Assembly (NCBI GenBank): GCA_965153355.1
Contig: OZ231126.1
Span: 23,870,001 to 23,934,000, forward strand
Reading direction: 5' to 3'
Source of the DNA: Flaccisagitta enflata
Lineage: Eukaryota
DNA length: 64,000 nt
Shown here: in pieces, positions 1 to 20,816 of the stretch
Layout: each line of letters opens with the position of its first letter
Position numbering within the stretch: position 1 is the stretch's first letter
Program-made: the position numbers and the translations under genes
Notes under the pieces: generated by a model
Told to the model about the DNA's origin: nothing
What the model saw: the letters and a program-made list of their open reading frames with translations, nothing else
Databases searched by the model: none

Positions 1-370
1 CATGCACAACTGTGATTGATACAAAATTCTTTTTTGATTGGTTTTGTATTCATCAAAATTGGGGAATTATTTTCGATCCATATCAATCTTAAAAGCTGAG
101 ATCTTGGAAATCAACTACTTGCTAATGATGTTCTTTGTGTCCAGTCACTACTAGAAAAATAAGTTCAGTTTCTGTGAGCAATGATGCAAGTACAAAATAG
201 GTTCAATATCCTCAATGTCTTACAAACATCTCAACCTCATAGCAATCCTTTTAGAATGCTTTAAAATAGTATACACATGTAGAGTATGGTTGGAAAAGGT
301 CATTTGTAGGTAATGCGCTATTAAGTTTTGAAAAACACCAAGCTTTGAAAAAAAACCTGATAAAAAACGG

Positions 371-572
371 TTTTTAGTCGCGTGCACGCGACTCTACAAC
401 CCGCTTTGTCTGTTGGTCGGTCGATCGGTTGGTCGGTTGGTTGTTCACACTTTACCTTTTTTATTATCTTATTTCTTTGACCTCACTGCTCCTACCCAAA
501 TGATATGGTAACCTCAAATATGGCCCCTGCCCACCCGCACGCGACTTGGGTAGCCGTGTATCCGGCCTTTTT
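371..572 (+). mobile_element. Non-autonomous Helentron/HINE-like element, family 1
   Basis: T-run, AGTCGCGTGCACGCGACT (5' subTIR plus hairpin), (GGTC/GGTT)n microsatellite, 3' subTIR GCACGCGACT, stem-loop GCCGTGTATCCGGC, T-run. Confidence 0.75.
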
Positions 573-1857
573 TTAAATAAACTGGGTTTATTTGGGTTTT
601 TTTCAAAATTTTTTTTTTTTTTTACATTCCTTGTAGATAGTGACATTGCTCGAGGTTCGGATTTGAGCCTTAAGGCGGGGGATTTGAGCCTTGAGGCTGG
701 GATTTTTAAGGCTTGATTTTCTTTTGAACTAGGATTTCATCTAAACAAACAAGCGTTTTTAAGAAGGCTTTACATACAGAAGGAAAAAAACACATTGCGC
801 CTTTCTTCCTCCTTCCTTCCATCCTTCTTTCTTAATTCCTTCCTTCTTTCTTTCCTTCCTTCCTTTGTTCTTTCCCTCCTTTCTCTATAAACAGGAGGAG
901 AAAAACTTTTTCTGCCTTTCTTCCTCCTTCCTTCCTTTCTTCCTTCCTTCCTTCCTTCCCCTTCCTTCTTTCTTTCTATGTAAACAAGAGGAAAAAACTT
1001 TTTTTGTTTTTCTTCTTCCTTCCTTCCTCCCTTCTTTTCCTCCTTTATAAACAAAAGAACAAATTTTTTTCTGCCTTTCTTCCTCCTAACCTCCTTCCTT
1101 CTTTCCTCCCTTCTTTCCTTCCTTCCTTGCTTCCTTCCTTATCTCCTTTCTTTACAAACAAGAGGAAAAAATTTTTCTGCCTTTCTTCTTCCTACCTTCC
1201 TTCCTTCCTTCCTTCCTTCCTTCATTCCTTCTTTCTTTCCTTCTTTTTTTCCTTTCCTTCCTTTTCCCTCCTTTTCCTTCCTTTTCCCTCCTTTTCCTTC
1301 CTTTTCCCTCCTTTTCCATTCTTTTCTTCTTCTTCTTTTTTTCTTTCTTTCCTTCCCCCTTTGCTTCCTACCAGCCTAGCTAGCTTCCTACGAGCGCCGC
1401 TCGCGTGCTCGGGCACTTTGTGACACCCTGGCTGCGATTCTGCTGCCAATCTGCTGCGAATCTGCTGTGATTTGGGCGTGATTCGGCCGCGACTTGGCAA
1501 AGATTCGTCCTCAACTACGGCATCCATTTCTGTGTCCTGTATCTTATTGTTCGTTTCCGCCTCCGTTTCCCTATTTTGACGAAGAATTTCCGTGTTCCCA
1601 AGTCTTAGGCGAAGACAAGGAACACGGATTCGCTAGTCACACGTCTTCGAGCAGTGGCGTTGCGGTGGTGAAAAGGAACTTAAAAGAAAAAAAAAAAAAC
1701 ATTTGACCAAAGGCAGTCATGGAGCGAGTAACCTGTGGTAACAATATCGTCAAGCGATATCGAGCAAGCAACTGTCAAACTAAGCCCACAAGCTTCAATC
1801 AACAACAAAAACTCGGGCCTTATCACGCGCTGCGCCACAAATCCACATTAGTATTGA

Positions 1858-1892
<35 letters not shown>

Positions 1893-2496
1893 AAAAAGAA
1901 ACCGATATAACTCGTATCCATTTTTGATATCATATTTAAGTAGTTTATCCACAAATTCGTGTTTATAGCATCTCTCGCGATGAGATTTGTAGCAACAGCA
2001 TCTGTGGCAACTGCATCAGCGTCTGCTTAAGTCACGGTGCACACGAAGAGCAAATTTGACCGGTCAAATAGGTGAAAAAATAAAGTTGATTTAATCGTGA
2101 ATTTTTTTTTACTGTCATGTATAATAGTATAAGGAGTGTTAACACTGAAAATTTCAATGCAAAATCTCTTTCCGTTTAGGAGCTACGTTCCATTTTACCC
2201 TTCTAGAAATGCAATTTTTTAAACTATACAAATTATCTAAAAAATAAATTTGAAAACTATTTTGTCAGTTACAATGCTTAATACTACTTTAAATCCTGTT
2301 GGAATATATAAGTTGATGAAAAAAATACAAAAAAAAATTGATATTTCTTTTATATCCTTCGTCAAAATAACAAATTTCTAAGTAATTTTTGATCATTATT
2401 TGTATAGCAGAAGTTTATTTTTATTTCATGATATCATTTGAACAAAATATTTTATGTAAAGGACTATTGTTTTTATGCAATGAACTAAATATATTA

Positions 2497-2697
2497 TTAG
2501 TCGCGTGCATGCGACTGTACAACCCGCTTTGTCGGTCGGCTGGTCGGTCGGTCGGTTGGTTGGTTGGTCACACTTCACTCTTTTTATGATTTTATTTTTT
2601 TGACCTCATTGCTCCTGCCCAAATGATCTGGTGACCTCAAATATGGCCCCTGCACACGCGCACGCGTCTTCGGTAGCCGTGTATCTGGCCTTGTTTT
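2497..2697 (+). mobile_element. HINE-like family 1 copy nested inside the large transposon (a further partial copy follows at ~2750-2895)
   Basis: Same architecture as, and high similarity to, 371-572. Confidence 0.72.
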
Positions 2698-3614
2698 TAA
2701 ATATAAATGTTTTTACGTATCATTTTTGGCGTATACAAGTAGATTTTTGTTGCTTTGTCGGTGCGTTGTTCCATCAATCAGTTTACTTTTTTTGGTTTTG
2801 CGGTTTGTGGCATCACTGATTCTACTCAAATGATCAAGTGACCCTAAATATAGCCCCTGCCCAACTGGGGTAGCCATGTATCCGGCCTTAGTTTTATTAA
2901 AGGAGGTTCAATCTTGAATTTCAGTACATTGCAAAATAACATATTATACTAAATTATAAAAATATCTTTATCTAAGAACATAAAAAAACTTTCCTCTTTT
3001 GACGTTTGTCATAAGAGTTGCAAAAAGTGGCTTTGACAAGGATAGAGGTATTTGTCAAATGAAGTTACCAGACGTTGTAGTTTTTACTTTGATAAACATG
3101 CCAAACAGGACTGCAGTTTTGTGACTGCACCTTAATGCAACTAGTAAATAACTGCATGCATAGGTCCTTAAATCAACAACCCACAAATTTTACAGAAAGG
3201 CACATCTCATTGGAGCTACTGTTTATTTTGCCCTTAGAATTGGGAACTTCATGCGTACATATGTAAACAAGACATTATTGTCCAGTGAAGCAGGCTCATA
3301 TCCTCTTCATTTCACTAAAATAACCAAGTCAAGGATTTTCATACAAATGTCTTTTAATGTTATCATCAAAACATGGGTAAAGTAAATTGGCACAAAACAA
3401 TATTGCCATACACAAAAGTGTTGTACGACGCAATAAATAATAACACAATAGTGTTGGGAGACCTAATAAAGGGGGACACAATAGTGTTGAAAGACGCAAT
3501 AGAAAGATCACAGTGTATGACGCGATGACAAAAGAACACGCACGTAGGGCTAATTGATTGCCATGGCAACGGGACACAAACAGAAACGCATCGCATCACG
3601 GCGGAGGAAGAAAA

Positions 3615-10132
<6,518 letters not shown>

Positions 10133-10184
10133 TTTTGCACTGTAGGTGACGTTACCCTAAAAATCTAGCTAATGTTTTCTCCCC

Positions 10185-10197
10185 GTTGCTTAGCAAC
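10185..10197. promoter_or_regulatory. RFX X-box-like palindrome ~55 bp upstream of the transposase ATG
   Basis: GTTGCTTAGCAAC, flanked by TGACGT (CRE-like) half sites near 10147 and 10208. Function is inferred from the motif only. Confidence 0.4.
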
Positions 10198-10299
10198 ATT
10201 ATGCAATGACGTAAATACATGCGTTACAGCATGCTCGGTCTTAGTGTTATACCTTACTGTAGACATATCAGCAAGAAAATCTTTTCTTCTTGTTTATCT

Positions 10300-11054
10300 T
10301 TTCTTCTTCTTCTTCTTCTTCTTCTTCTTCTTCTTCTTCTTCTGCTTCTGCTTCTTCTCCTTCTTCTTCTTCTTCTTCTTCTTCTTCTTCTTCTTCTTCC
10401 GAGCTGCACCTCAAACATTTTCTTACTATTTTCTCTACTTCTTCTGCTTCTCTTTCTTCTTCTTCTTCTTCTTCTTCTTCTTCTTCTTCTTCTTCTTCTT
10501 CTTCTTCTTCTTCTTCTTCTCTTCTTCTTCTTCTCTTCTTCTTCTTCTTCTTCTTCTTCTTCTTCTTCTTCTTCTTCTTCTTCTTCTTCTCCTTCCTCTT
10601 TGATATACTTGTATAACCCTTCACGTTCCCTTTCTTCTTCTTTCTTTTTCTTTTTCTTTTTCTTTTTCTTTTTCTTTTTCTTTTTCTTTTTCTTCATCTT
10701 CTTCTTCTTCTTCTTCCCTCCTGTACCTCAAGCATCAGCGTGACTTCTTTTTTCTCCATATTATTCCTTCCTTGACACTTTTTTTTTCTCTTTTGCTTTC
10801 TTTTTCTTTTTCTTTTTCTTTTTCTTTTTCTTTTTCTTTTTCTTCTTCTTCTTCTTCTTCTTCTTCTTTTTCTTCTTCTTTTTCTTTTTCTTTTTCTTTC
10901 TTCTTCTTCTTCTTCTTCTTCTCCTTCTTTTTCTTCTTTTTCTCCTTCTCCGTTAGCGTCTGTAGCGTAAGCCCCGCATTGACTTCAGGAGTTGAAAATC
11001 AAACGGAAACAGAAGAACAACTCGATGGCGCTCTCTCTCTCCCCCTCTTCCTCT

Positions 11055-11122
<68 letters not shown>

Positions 11123-11240
11123 GCTCGTCCATCCTTGCGTTGCGTTGTCTCTTTCCGCTTCCCACCCAACCCTTCCTTCTTTCCTCCCTGTCTCCCTCTC
11201 TCCTCCCTAACCTCCCCCATCCTCTTTTCAACCCCCCTCC

Positions 11241-11315
<75 letters not shown>
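10300..11315. repeat. (CTT)n, (TTTTTC)n and (CT)n microsatellites upstream of the transposase
   Basis: Direct inspection. Confidence 0.95.
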
Positions 11316-11317
<2 letters not shown>

Positions 11318-11771
11318 TGTGAAGAAATTTGACAGCTCTCGCATTTTTTTTCCGGTAGGTAGTCTTACGTGAAATTCTTATTTTGCATAGAAATCAACTA
11401 TATCAAAAAAACAAAAACATGGCCCTGTTCTCCACACACTAGGGATCAGGGCCATGTTTTTGAAAAGTGCAAAAAGCCGTTTTTGCGGCAGATTAAGAAT
11501 TTCACGTCCAAGAAATAATATTGTCAAAATTCTCTACAGGTTTCTTTTTTCGTCTTGTAAGTGGAAAAAAACGCTGAAAATCGTTACTATCTCCGATTCT
11601 TTGTTAAAGTATATGCAAATAGGATACATTGTCCAAGTTGAAAGCAATAGTTGGGTTTTTGGCATTGTTGAGTACAAGAAATATGCGTTTCAAGCCTGAA
11701 AACCAGCTGATTTTTTAAATTGCTTTTCAGGTGCACCGTGACTTAAGCGAACAAAGCGCTCGTAGGAGGTA

Positions 11772-12370
11772 AACAAGGCCAAGTAGGCCAATAAGGTGCG
11801 ACGTGTAGATCGTCGAACGAATGCGTAACCCAACAGACTAACCGACCGACCGATCAAGGACAATACCAATCGCGGATGGGTGGGCAGGGGTGGATATGCG
11901 CGTTTCACCACTTTTCGACTCGTGCACAATGATGGACGGGCCGATGGACAAACACAGCCTCTGAAAGAGTCGCTAGTCCGCGACTTAAAAAGAATCGATA
12001 AGTTAGGAAATGAGTATGTAAACAAATGAATGAGTGAATATTTTATAAATGAATGCGTAAATGAATAGTTTTATTATCAAATAAATGGCTGAATAGTCTA
12101 ATAACAAAAATAATAGACTAGTAACTAGTTAGTGTGATGATGTTGTTGCCGTTGGTAAGAAAATGAATGATGATTGGAAATAAAATCAACTAGTTGCCAC
12201 TGTTTAAAAAACAAGGCCGGATACACGGCCACCAGTTGCGGCCGGGTGGGCAGGGGCGGAAATGCGCGTTTTCACACTTTTCAACTCGATCATTACGGAC
12301 CGACGGACCAACGGACCAACGGACCAACGGACAAAGCCTCTTATGGAGTTGCGTGTCCGCAACTAAAAAC
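11772..12370 (-). mobile_element. Cluster of HINE-like copies (11772-11990 composite; 12209-12370 complete)
   Basis: AACAAGGCC..GGCC hairpin starts, GGGTGGGCAGGGG core, GACC/GACG repeats, CGCAACTAAAAA ends. Confidence 0.68.
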
Positions 12371-13419
12371 TTGACGGACCAACGAATCAAAGAGAAACAG
12401 ACTGACAAACAGACAGACATGACCTATCGATATGCAAAGGTGGCTGTAGGAACAATCTCGATCAAACGACCAGGTTTGTGTCTCGTATATTCGTAAATTA
12501 GCGTCGATTAAGCTAATTTGCATATAGTCATCTTAATCATTCCGTCACAGATAGACGTGAAGTCAGACGCAAACCATCCCAACCCTTATTTTGTCTCGTC
12601 AATTGAAACAAACAACGATATTTATCCAAGTCAGGCCAGCAAAGATGACAAGGAGAATAGTTGGGAAATGGGATATCATTGGGTCATTGCTGATGCCTCA
12701 CATTTAAGAATCATGACTATTCTGATCAGTAATGCCCAATGTTGTCTCAAAGTTTTAAAGTCCAAAAATTAACTTCCGTTTTATATTTTTAAGGTCGGCC
12801 GAAGAGCCGACCCACAATACCATACTACTCGATCGGTGTATATATATCGGGTCCCATGAGAACCCGCTTTTGCACAGGGGCTTAAAATCAGCTTGGGAAA
12901 GAACAGGCCGTGCATGATTAAATCTGTTGCGGTATTGATGGCTTTGATTTGACAGTTCCTTAAGCATAATGGTGTGATAAGGAAGAGGAGATGCGGCCTC
13001 GTCCATAGAAGCCGATGACGACACAGAGTTTTTGATTAGAATCCATTGAAAAAGTTTACTTGATGCTAAAAAGTTTGATTGGTAACCAGGCAACCGATAA
13101 GAAAACATGGTTAAACCAGAACTGGCTCGGAAAACTGCACTGTGATGAGAACCGTTAATGAACAATGGCTTAAATTTTCCGTCTATTATCCCATGTAGAC
13201 ATCATGACATTATAACATAAAATGACATTGTGGTTATTTTTTTTCTGGTTTGTGTTTATCATTAATTGATTACACGGAGAAACTTCAGCATGAATTCGCA
13301 AATGCGCACATTAACTGTCACGCACAATCGTATTTGAAGAAGGACATGATTGTAGGTTGAATTGGATGAGAAGTGGTAAAGGATAGACTGCTTACCGTTA
13401 TACCGGATACACAAGAATG

Positions 13420-13747
13420 CAGGGGTGTATATTTTTGAGTCGCTTTTGATTTCCCCCCCCCCCCCCCTGCCTTTGATTTTCTTCCCCGCGACGCGTCGCG
13501 TCGCGTTTTTTTATCCATGATTTTCTTCCCCATATAGCAATAAAACTATGTAGTTAAGGTTTAAATAGTGTTAAATTGTGTTCTACTAATTATGTTTTAT
13601 GATTTGGTACTGTAAAAAGTTATATTTTCCTCAAATTTCCTTTTTTTCTCTTTTTTCCCCCGTAGATTTCCTTCCCCATCTCCAGACCCTTTGATTTTCC
13701 CCCCCCCCCCCACCGGAAGGGGGAAAACTCAAGAATATACAGGCCTG
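13420..13747. mobile_element. hAT-type MITE with 8-bp TSD CAAGAATG
   Basis: CAAGAATG|CAGGGGTGTATAT ... ATATACAGGCCTG|CAAGAATG; second copy at 38586-38904. Confidence 0.88.
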
Positions 13748-14347
13748 CAAGAATGAGTAAGGGGGGTGGGAAATCAATACGGTGTTAAGTATGATGGTAG
13801 GGGCTTTGAGTGACCTCATGATGGGGGTTAAAATGAAGGTTTGATGGGGGGGGGGAGATTTTAATACATCTGGAAGGGGGAGAAAGAAGACAGATATGTG
13901 CTTGACAGGACACAGAGGGAGGGGGGTGGGGTACGGCGAAAGATGGGGGCACGTGAAGGGAGAAGGGGAGTTATCTGGCGTAAGAAAGAATAATGACGCT
14001 TGAAGATTGCGCCTTGAAAAGAAAAAATAGAAGAAAAGAGAACATTTGCGGAAATGGTCGGAGGATGCGCCTTCCTCAACCGGCATTTCATCCTCCTCCT
14101 CTTCTTGCTCCTCTTCTTCATCTTCTTTCTGTTTGTTCCTTCTCCTTTTCCTCCTCTTTCTCCTCCTCCACTCCCCTACCCTCCTTCTTCTCCCGCTTTC
14201 CCGCCGGTTCCCGCCGGTTCATGCCATTTCTCACCGCCCGCGCCGATTTTTCATTCAAGATTAAACCTGTCGCGAACCAATCCCAATTTTTCATTCCTCA
14301 CAAAAGAAGGAAAAGGAACGCCATCTATGGACCACGCCTCGTTGCAC

Positions 14348-14654
<307 letters not shown>

Positions 14655-14703
14655 CGAGTGTGTGTGTTCGTGTGTGTGGGGGGGCGCTTACAATTGCATA
14701 TGC

Positions 14704-14734
<31 letters not shown>

Positions 14735-15082
14735 CGGTTCTGAGTTTGTCAGTTTTTTACGGTTTACACAAGAATTTTTCACACATTAATGTAGTATTGG
14801 TTGATCATAACATGCTTTGGTTTGACATTTTGACCTAGTTTACTTATGAATCGAGTTAATGCAATATCCACAAAGAGAAGAAACGAAAAAGTATTTTTTG
14901 TTAGAGGTGAGCAAACGCACAAAAATTGTGTTTATATGCAAAAGCACAAAAAAATTAAAAGAAAAACGAAAAAAGGAGAAAAAAATTGCGCTTACTGCAG
15001 TGCAATGATGTATTGCTCTAAATTCACCATGAGTATTTTACTTCCTTATTCAGTGTCTTTTCCTCAGCCACTATCGTCTCCT

Positions 15083-15114
<32 letters not shown>

Positions 15115-15861
15115 TTCTTCGTCATCACCACGCAGCCCCTAATCCACCCCACCTAATGAAGCCTCTTCTTCCTCTCCTCACTACGACTGGCTCTTCCCTC
15201 CCCCCCCTTTTTTCACCCCAGCGCCATCTTTGTGCTGGCGTCTGCGGCTTTAACCATTCTTTGGCAGATCTTTTCCTTCAACCATCAGATTTAATATTCC
15301 AAACATTAAGTCGCAGACGTATTTCTCCCATTTTTCTTGCTTTCGCTTCCACTCGTTTTTCTTCCTATCTTTTTTTTTTTTTTTTGTTTTCCTCTTCTCT
15401 TTTATATCCACTCATCTTTTTTTTTTCTCTCTCTCCTTATCTTCTCTTCTCTGCCGCCCTGTCGGTTTCTTTGTTATCTGTCTGTCACTTTTTTTTTATC
15501 GTCGTCTGAAACTGTCTGTCTGTCTTTCTCTCTGGTTTTTAGGCTCTGTCTGTCTGTATTTCAGTCTGCTCATTTTTCTGTATTTCCGGTTGTTATACCC
15601 TCTAAAGCTCTTGAATGTCGTCGCAAAAGGCGGATGGACCAACGGATGGAGCAGTCACATCTTTTTCCAGTGATGCATATCTTTATCAACCGCAAAAAAA
15701 AAGTTCATATCATAGTCACTGTTTCGCATGTCGATACCTGTTAGAAAGTGATCGCATTCCTCGCGAATCGCTCTGTCGTGTATCCAGCCACATTTCCCCA
15801 GCGGTCGATCTGTTCATTTCGTAGGTATGTTCTTTGCCTCTCCTACCCATTCTTGTCACTG

Positions 15862-15923
<62 letters not shown>

Positions 15924-16214
15924 TATTTCTACTTTTCTTGTCTTTCTTCTTTTATTTTTTTTTTCGTCCGTGCCGGTGACCTTCTGCCCCCTCCTTCTTT
16001 TTATTGCTTGCCTTGACAGTGGGCCAACTTCTTCTTTTGTTATGTGTGTTTCTCTACTCCTCCGCTCTTTTCCTCATTTCTCTTTCACCACCCGCCCCAT
16101 GCTGCTAACCCCCACCAACCTTGCCCCCCTCCTATAATCACTTCGGCCCCACCCCCGAATATCGCCACCTCATCGCCCAGTGCCCACTCCTAGTTTCTTG
16201 TAGGGTCTTTTTTG

Positions 16215-16464
16215 ATAACGACAACAAGAACAACGACAACAACGACGATATCAACATCAACAATCGACAATCAAAAATCGACAATCAACAATCGACAATC
16301 AACAATCGACAATCAACAATCAACATCAACAACGACAATAACAACATTGACATCAACAACGACAACGACAATAACAACATTGACATCCACAACGACAACG
16401 ACAACGACAACAACGACAATGACAACATCAACAACAATTTCAAAAACGACAGTAACAACGTTGA

Positions 16465-16524
<60 letters not shown>

Positions 16525-16532
16525 CTACAACT

Positions 16533-16593
<61 letters not shown>
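16215..16593. repeat. Compound AAC/GAC, 7-mer AATC(G/A)AC and (AAC)n repeat
   Basis: Direct inspection. Confidence 0.9.
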
Positions 16594-17485
16594 CGTATGC
16601 CTATTGGGTCGCACTAAGGCTCAAGATACCTCTCTATTCCGCTTAAATTGCATTCCATCTTACCTTTATTCCACCTCACGCTTAACCCTCAACGCACACC
16701 TCACATCTCCCCTCGCCTCTTATTCAACCTGTCACTTTGTTTCTATTTTGTTCCAGATGTGTTTGAATCTTGATCCTCTCCATTTCGTTCCCTTTCCGCG
16801 CCATCGCTGTCCCCAACGCGAATTGTACTCTCGATCAAAAACTAGGACAGTCCAACAGTTGCGTTTAAGGGGCTAAAAACGCCAAGAATAAAAGTACAAC
16901 CTACGGCCCAGTCGACGGACCGACGGACCGAAACTTGTTTTATAGATTCACGTGTATATGGCAAGCATTAGAACATCGAGTTACATTTGAACAGCGGCGG
17001 TCGTTAAGGGCTTTGTATACGACTTTAATACCTGCTGAACATGGTAACATGAACAATTGCAATATTTGCGTGTTGAGAAATCGTCGGCAGTAACGGGCAC
17101 CATTGGCGAAGGATGAACGAAATGAAAAGTAAAAGAAACGTGAATTGCCCCTGCCTCCCGGCCCTTCCCTTCCCCACCCTGGGTAACTTGATAGTATTAT
17201 CCCTCAACGAAGAATTTTCCATACTTTCTTTCCCTGCTTTGTTCATTCGTTCATTCCTTTCTTTCTTTCCTCCCTCATTTCTTCCGTGCTTTCTACCTTC
17301 CTCTATCCTCTTTCTTTCTTTCTTCTTTCCTTCAGTTGGTCCGATAGTTGGCTAATCTGTCTGTTGGTCCGATAGTTGGCCCATCTGTCCGTTGTTCCGT
17401 TGTTCCTGAAAACCGACCTCTGAGGCGTTTTGACTTCGCGTTACTGCCCCTGCCCAATGTACGCGACTATCAGAGATGTCCTAGC

Positions 17486-18572
<1,087 letters not shown>

Positions 18573-20004
18573 ACAAATACATTTTGCGGTCATACGCCGA
18601 AACTTGCTCACGAATATCGGTCTGTGCACACAATGCACCCTTGCACACAATGCACCCTTGCACACACCGGGCGGGCTGTGACGCACCAATTCATGTCGCT
18701 TTGATAACATACAGGCAGTTTATACGTAAAAGTACATCACTGATAATTTTTTAGTTGCGCCGAAGCACCCCTACAACTGGCTGTGTCCATCGCTCCGTCG
18801 GTCGGTCTTGTGGTCGATAACGCAAACATTTGACGATCCACACGGCGCACCTTACTGGCCTCCATGGCCTTCCTAAATGTCTGTAAGAACTTGTAAGAAA
18901 CAAGATAAGAGGGCCAGTTATCTGGCTGCTTTCAAATGGATGGCATATTCAAGCAGGCTCCAATTTGCGAGTTTACCATTTTCAAACCCAGAGCGATTTA
19001 GCTGTTGATGAAACAATTTTTTTTAGATTTAGTGACTTAGGCTCCTAGAAAACTCTTGGCTCACCTGTGGCTGCATCTCAAGATGTCTGTTCATCATTAA
19101 ACATGAATCGTAATCAAAGGTGAAGTACTATGTCTTAAGTAAAGCCTCGTCTGTCATCATTTCTCTCAGTGAAGTGCTCAGAGTCAGGCAGACTGACTAA
19201 CAAAATGACAGTGTCTCTTTGAAAGCCTCTTATGGCATTCTTAGTACTTTTGAACAGTATTTAAACAACTGCTGACCCAAAAACCCACATAATTCGGGAT
19301 GATTACATAAACAATTATCGGTGAAATCTGTAGACCTCACATTTTACTATTGTATGTGAACTAAAGTCGCATAAATTCATTAAAGAAAAAAAAAAGAAAA
19401 AGGAAAGTAAACCAAAAAATACGGTTCTTTCACCGAGATAGGTAATGAATGATAATTAACGATAACTGATAACTGATAACTGATATTGAACTGATGAACA
19501 AAACAGATGATATGAATGAGCAAGGTGAATTGGATAAAAAGATGGAGTATATGGAATTCATAAAAAGAAATGGATAAAATGAATCAAATGGTTGGAGATG
19601 AGGTGGAAGCACAATTTATCTACCCTCTCTAAAACAGGACAGTGCCAAATATGTTTCATGGTCAGAGACACATCTGGCCTGGTCTTGTCTGATGTGTTTT
19701 TGTAGATTCGGGAGCATGATGGTTATTTTATTAGCTTGAATTTTCCTCTTATGACTGGACGCGACTTAGTGTTCTTGAATATTACGGATAAAAATCTCGT
19801 ACTAGAACAATCGGAAGTATGCACTAACAGACTTGCAAAGATGTTTGTCATTGGTGGTTGTCTTTAAAGCAGTATTTTTGAAGAGGAGGGATCATCATTA
19901 TCTATCAAAAAATGGTCAACGATGCCTTCAGTGCCGTTGCCCAAAAAAACCGGAAGCCGGGAGGGAAAGTTTCAGCGGAACCGTGATAAGTTAGCTGCGT
20001 CAGC

Positions 20005-20582
<578 letters not shown>

Positions 20583-20816
20583 GTGTGAAACGCATGTTCT
20601 ATCAACTCGTTTTATGCCTCATAACCGTGAATGTAATATACTTTTATTGCCAATATCTGAAGAAGAAAATTTGAAGACGGGCGAGGTGAGGACTGAGATG
20701 CGGAGGAGGAGGAAAAGGAGGAGGAAGGGGAGAGAAAGAAGGTAAGGAAAGGAAGGAAATTGAAAGGAACAGAGAGGCAGGAAAAAAAAAAGAAGAAAAG
20801 TGGAAGCAAGGAAAGA

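Noticed and set aside
12755-13165. 136-aa minus-strand ORF
   Set aside because: No recognisable motif, non-ATG start and no supporting splice structure.
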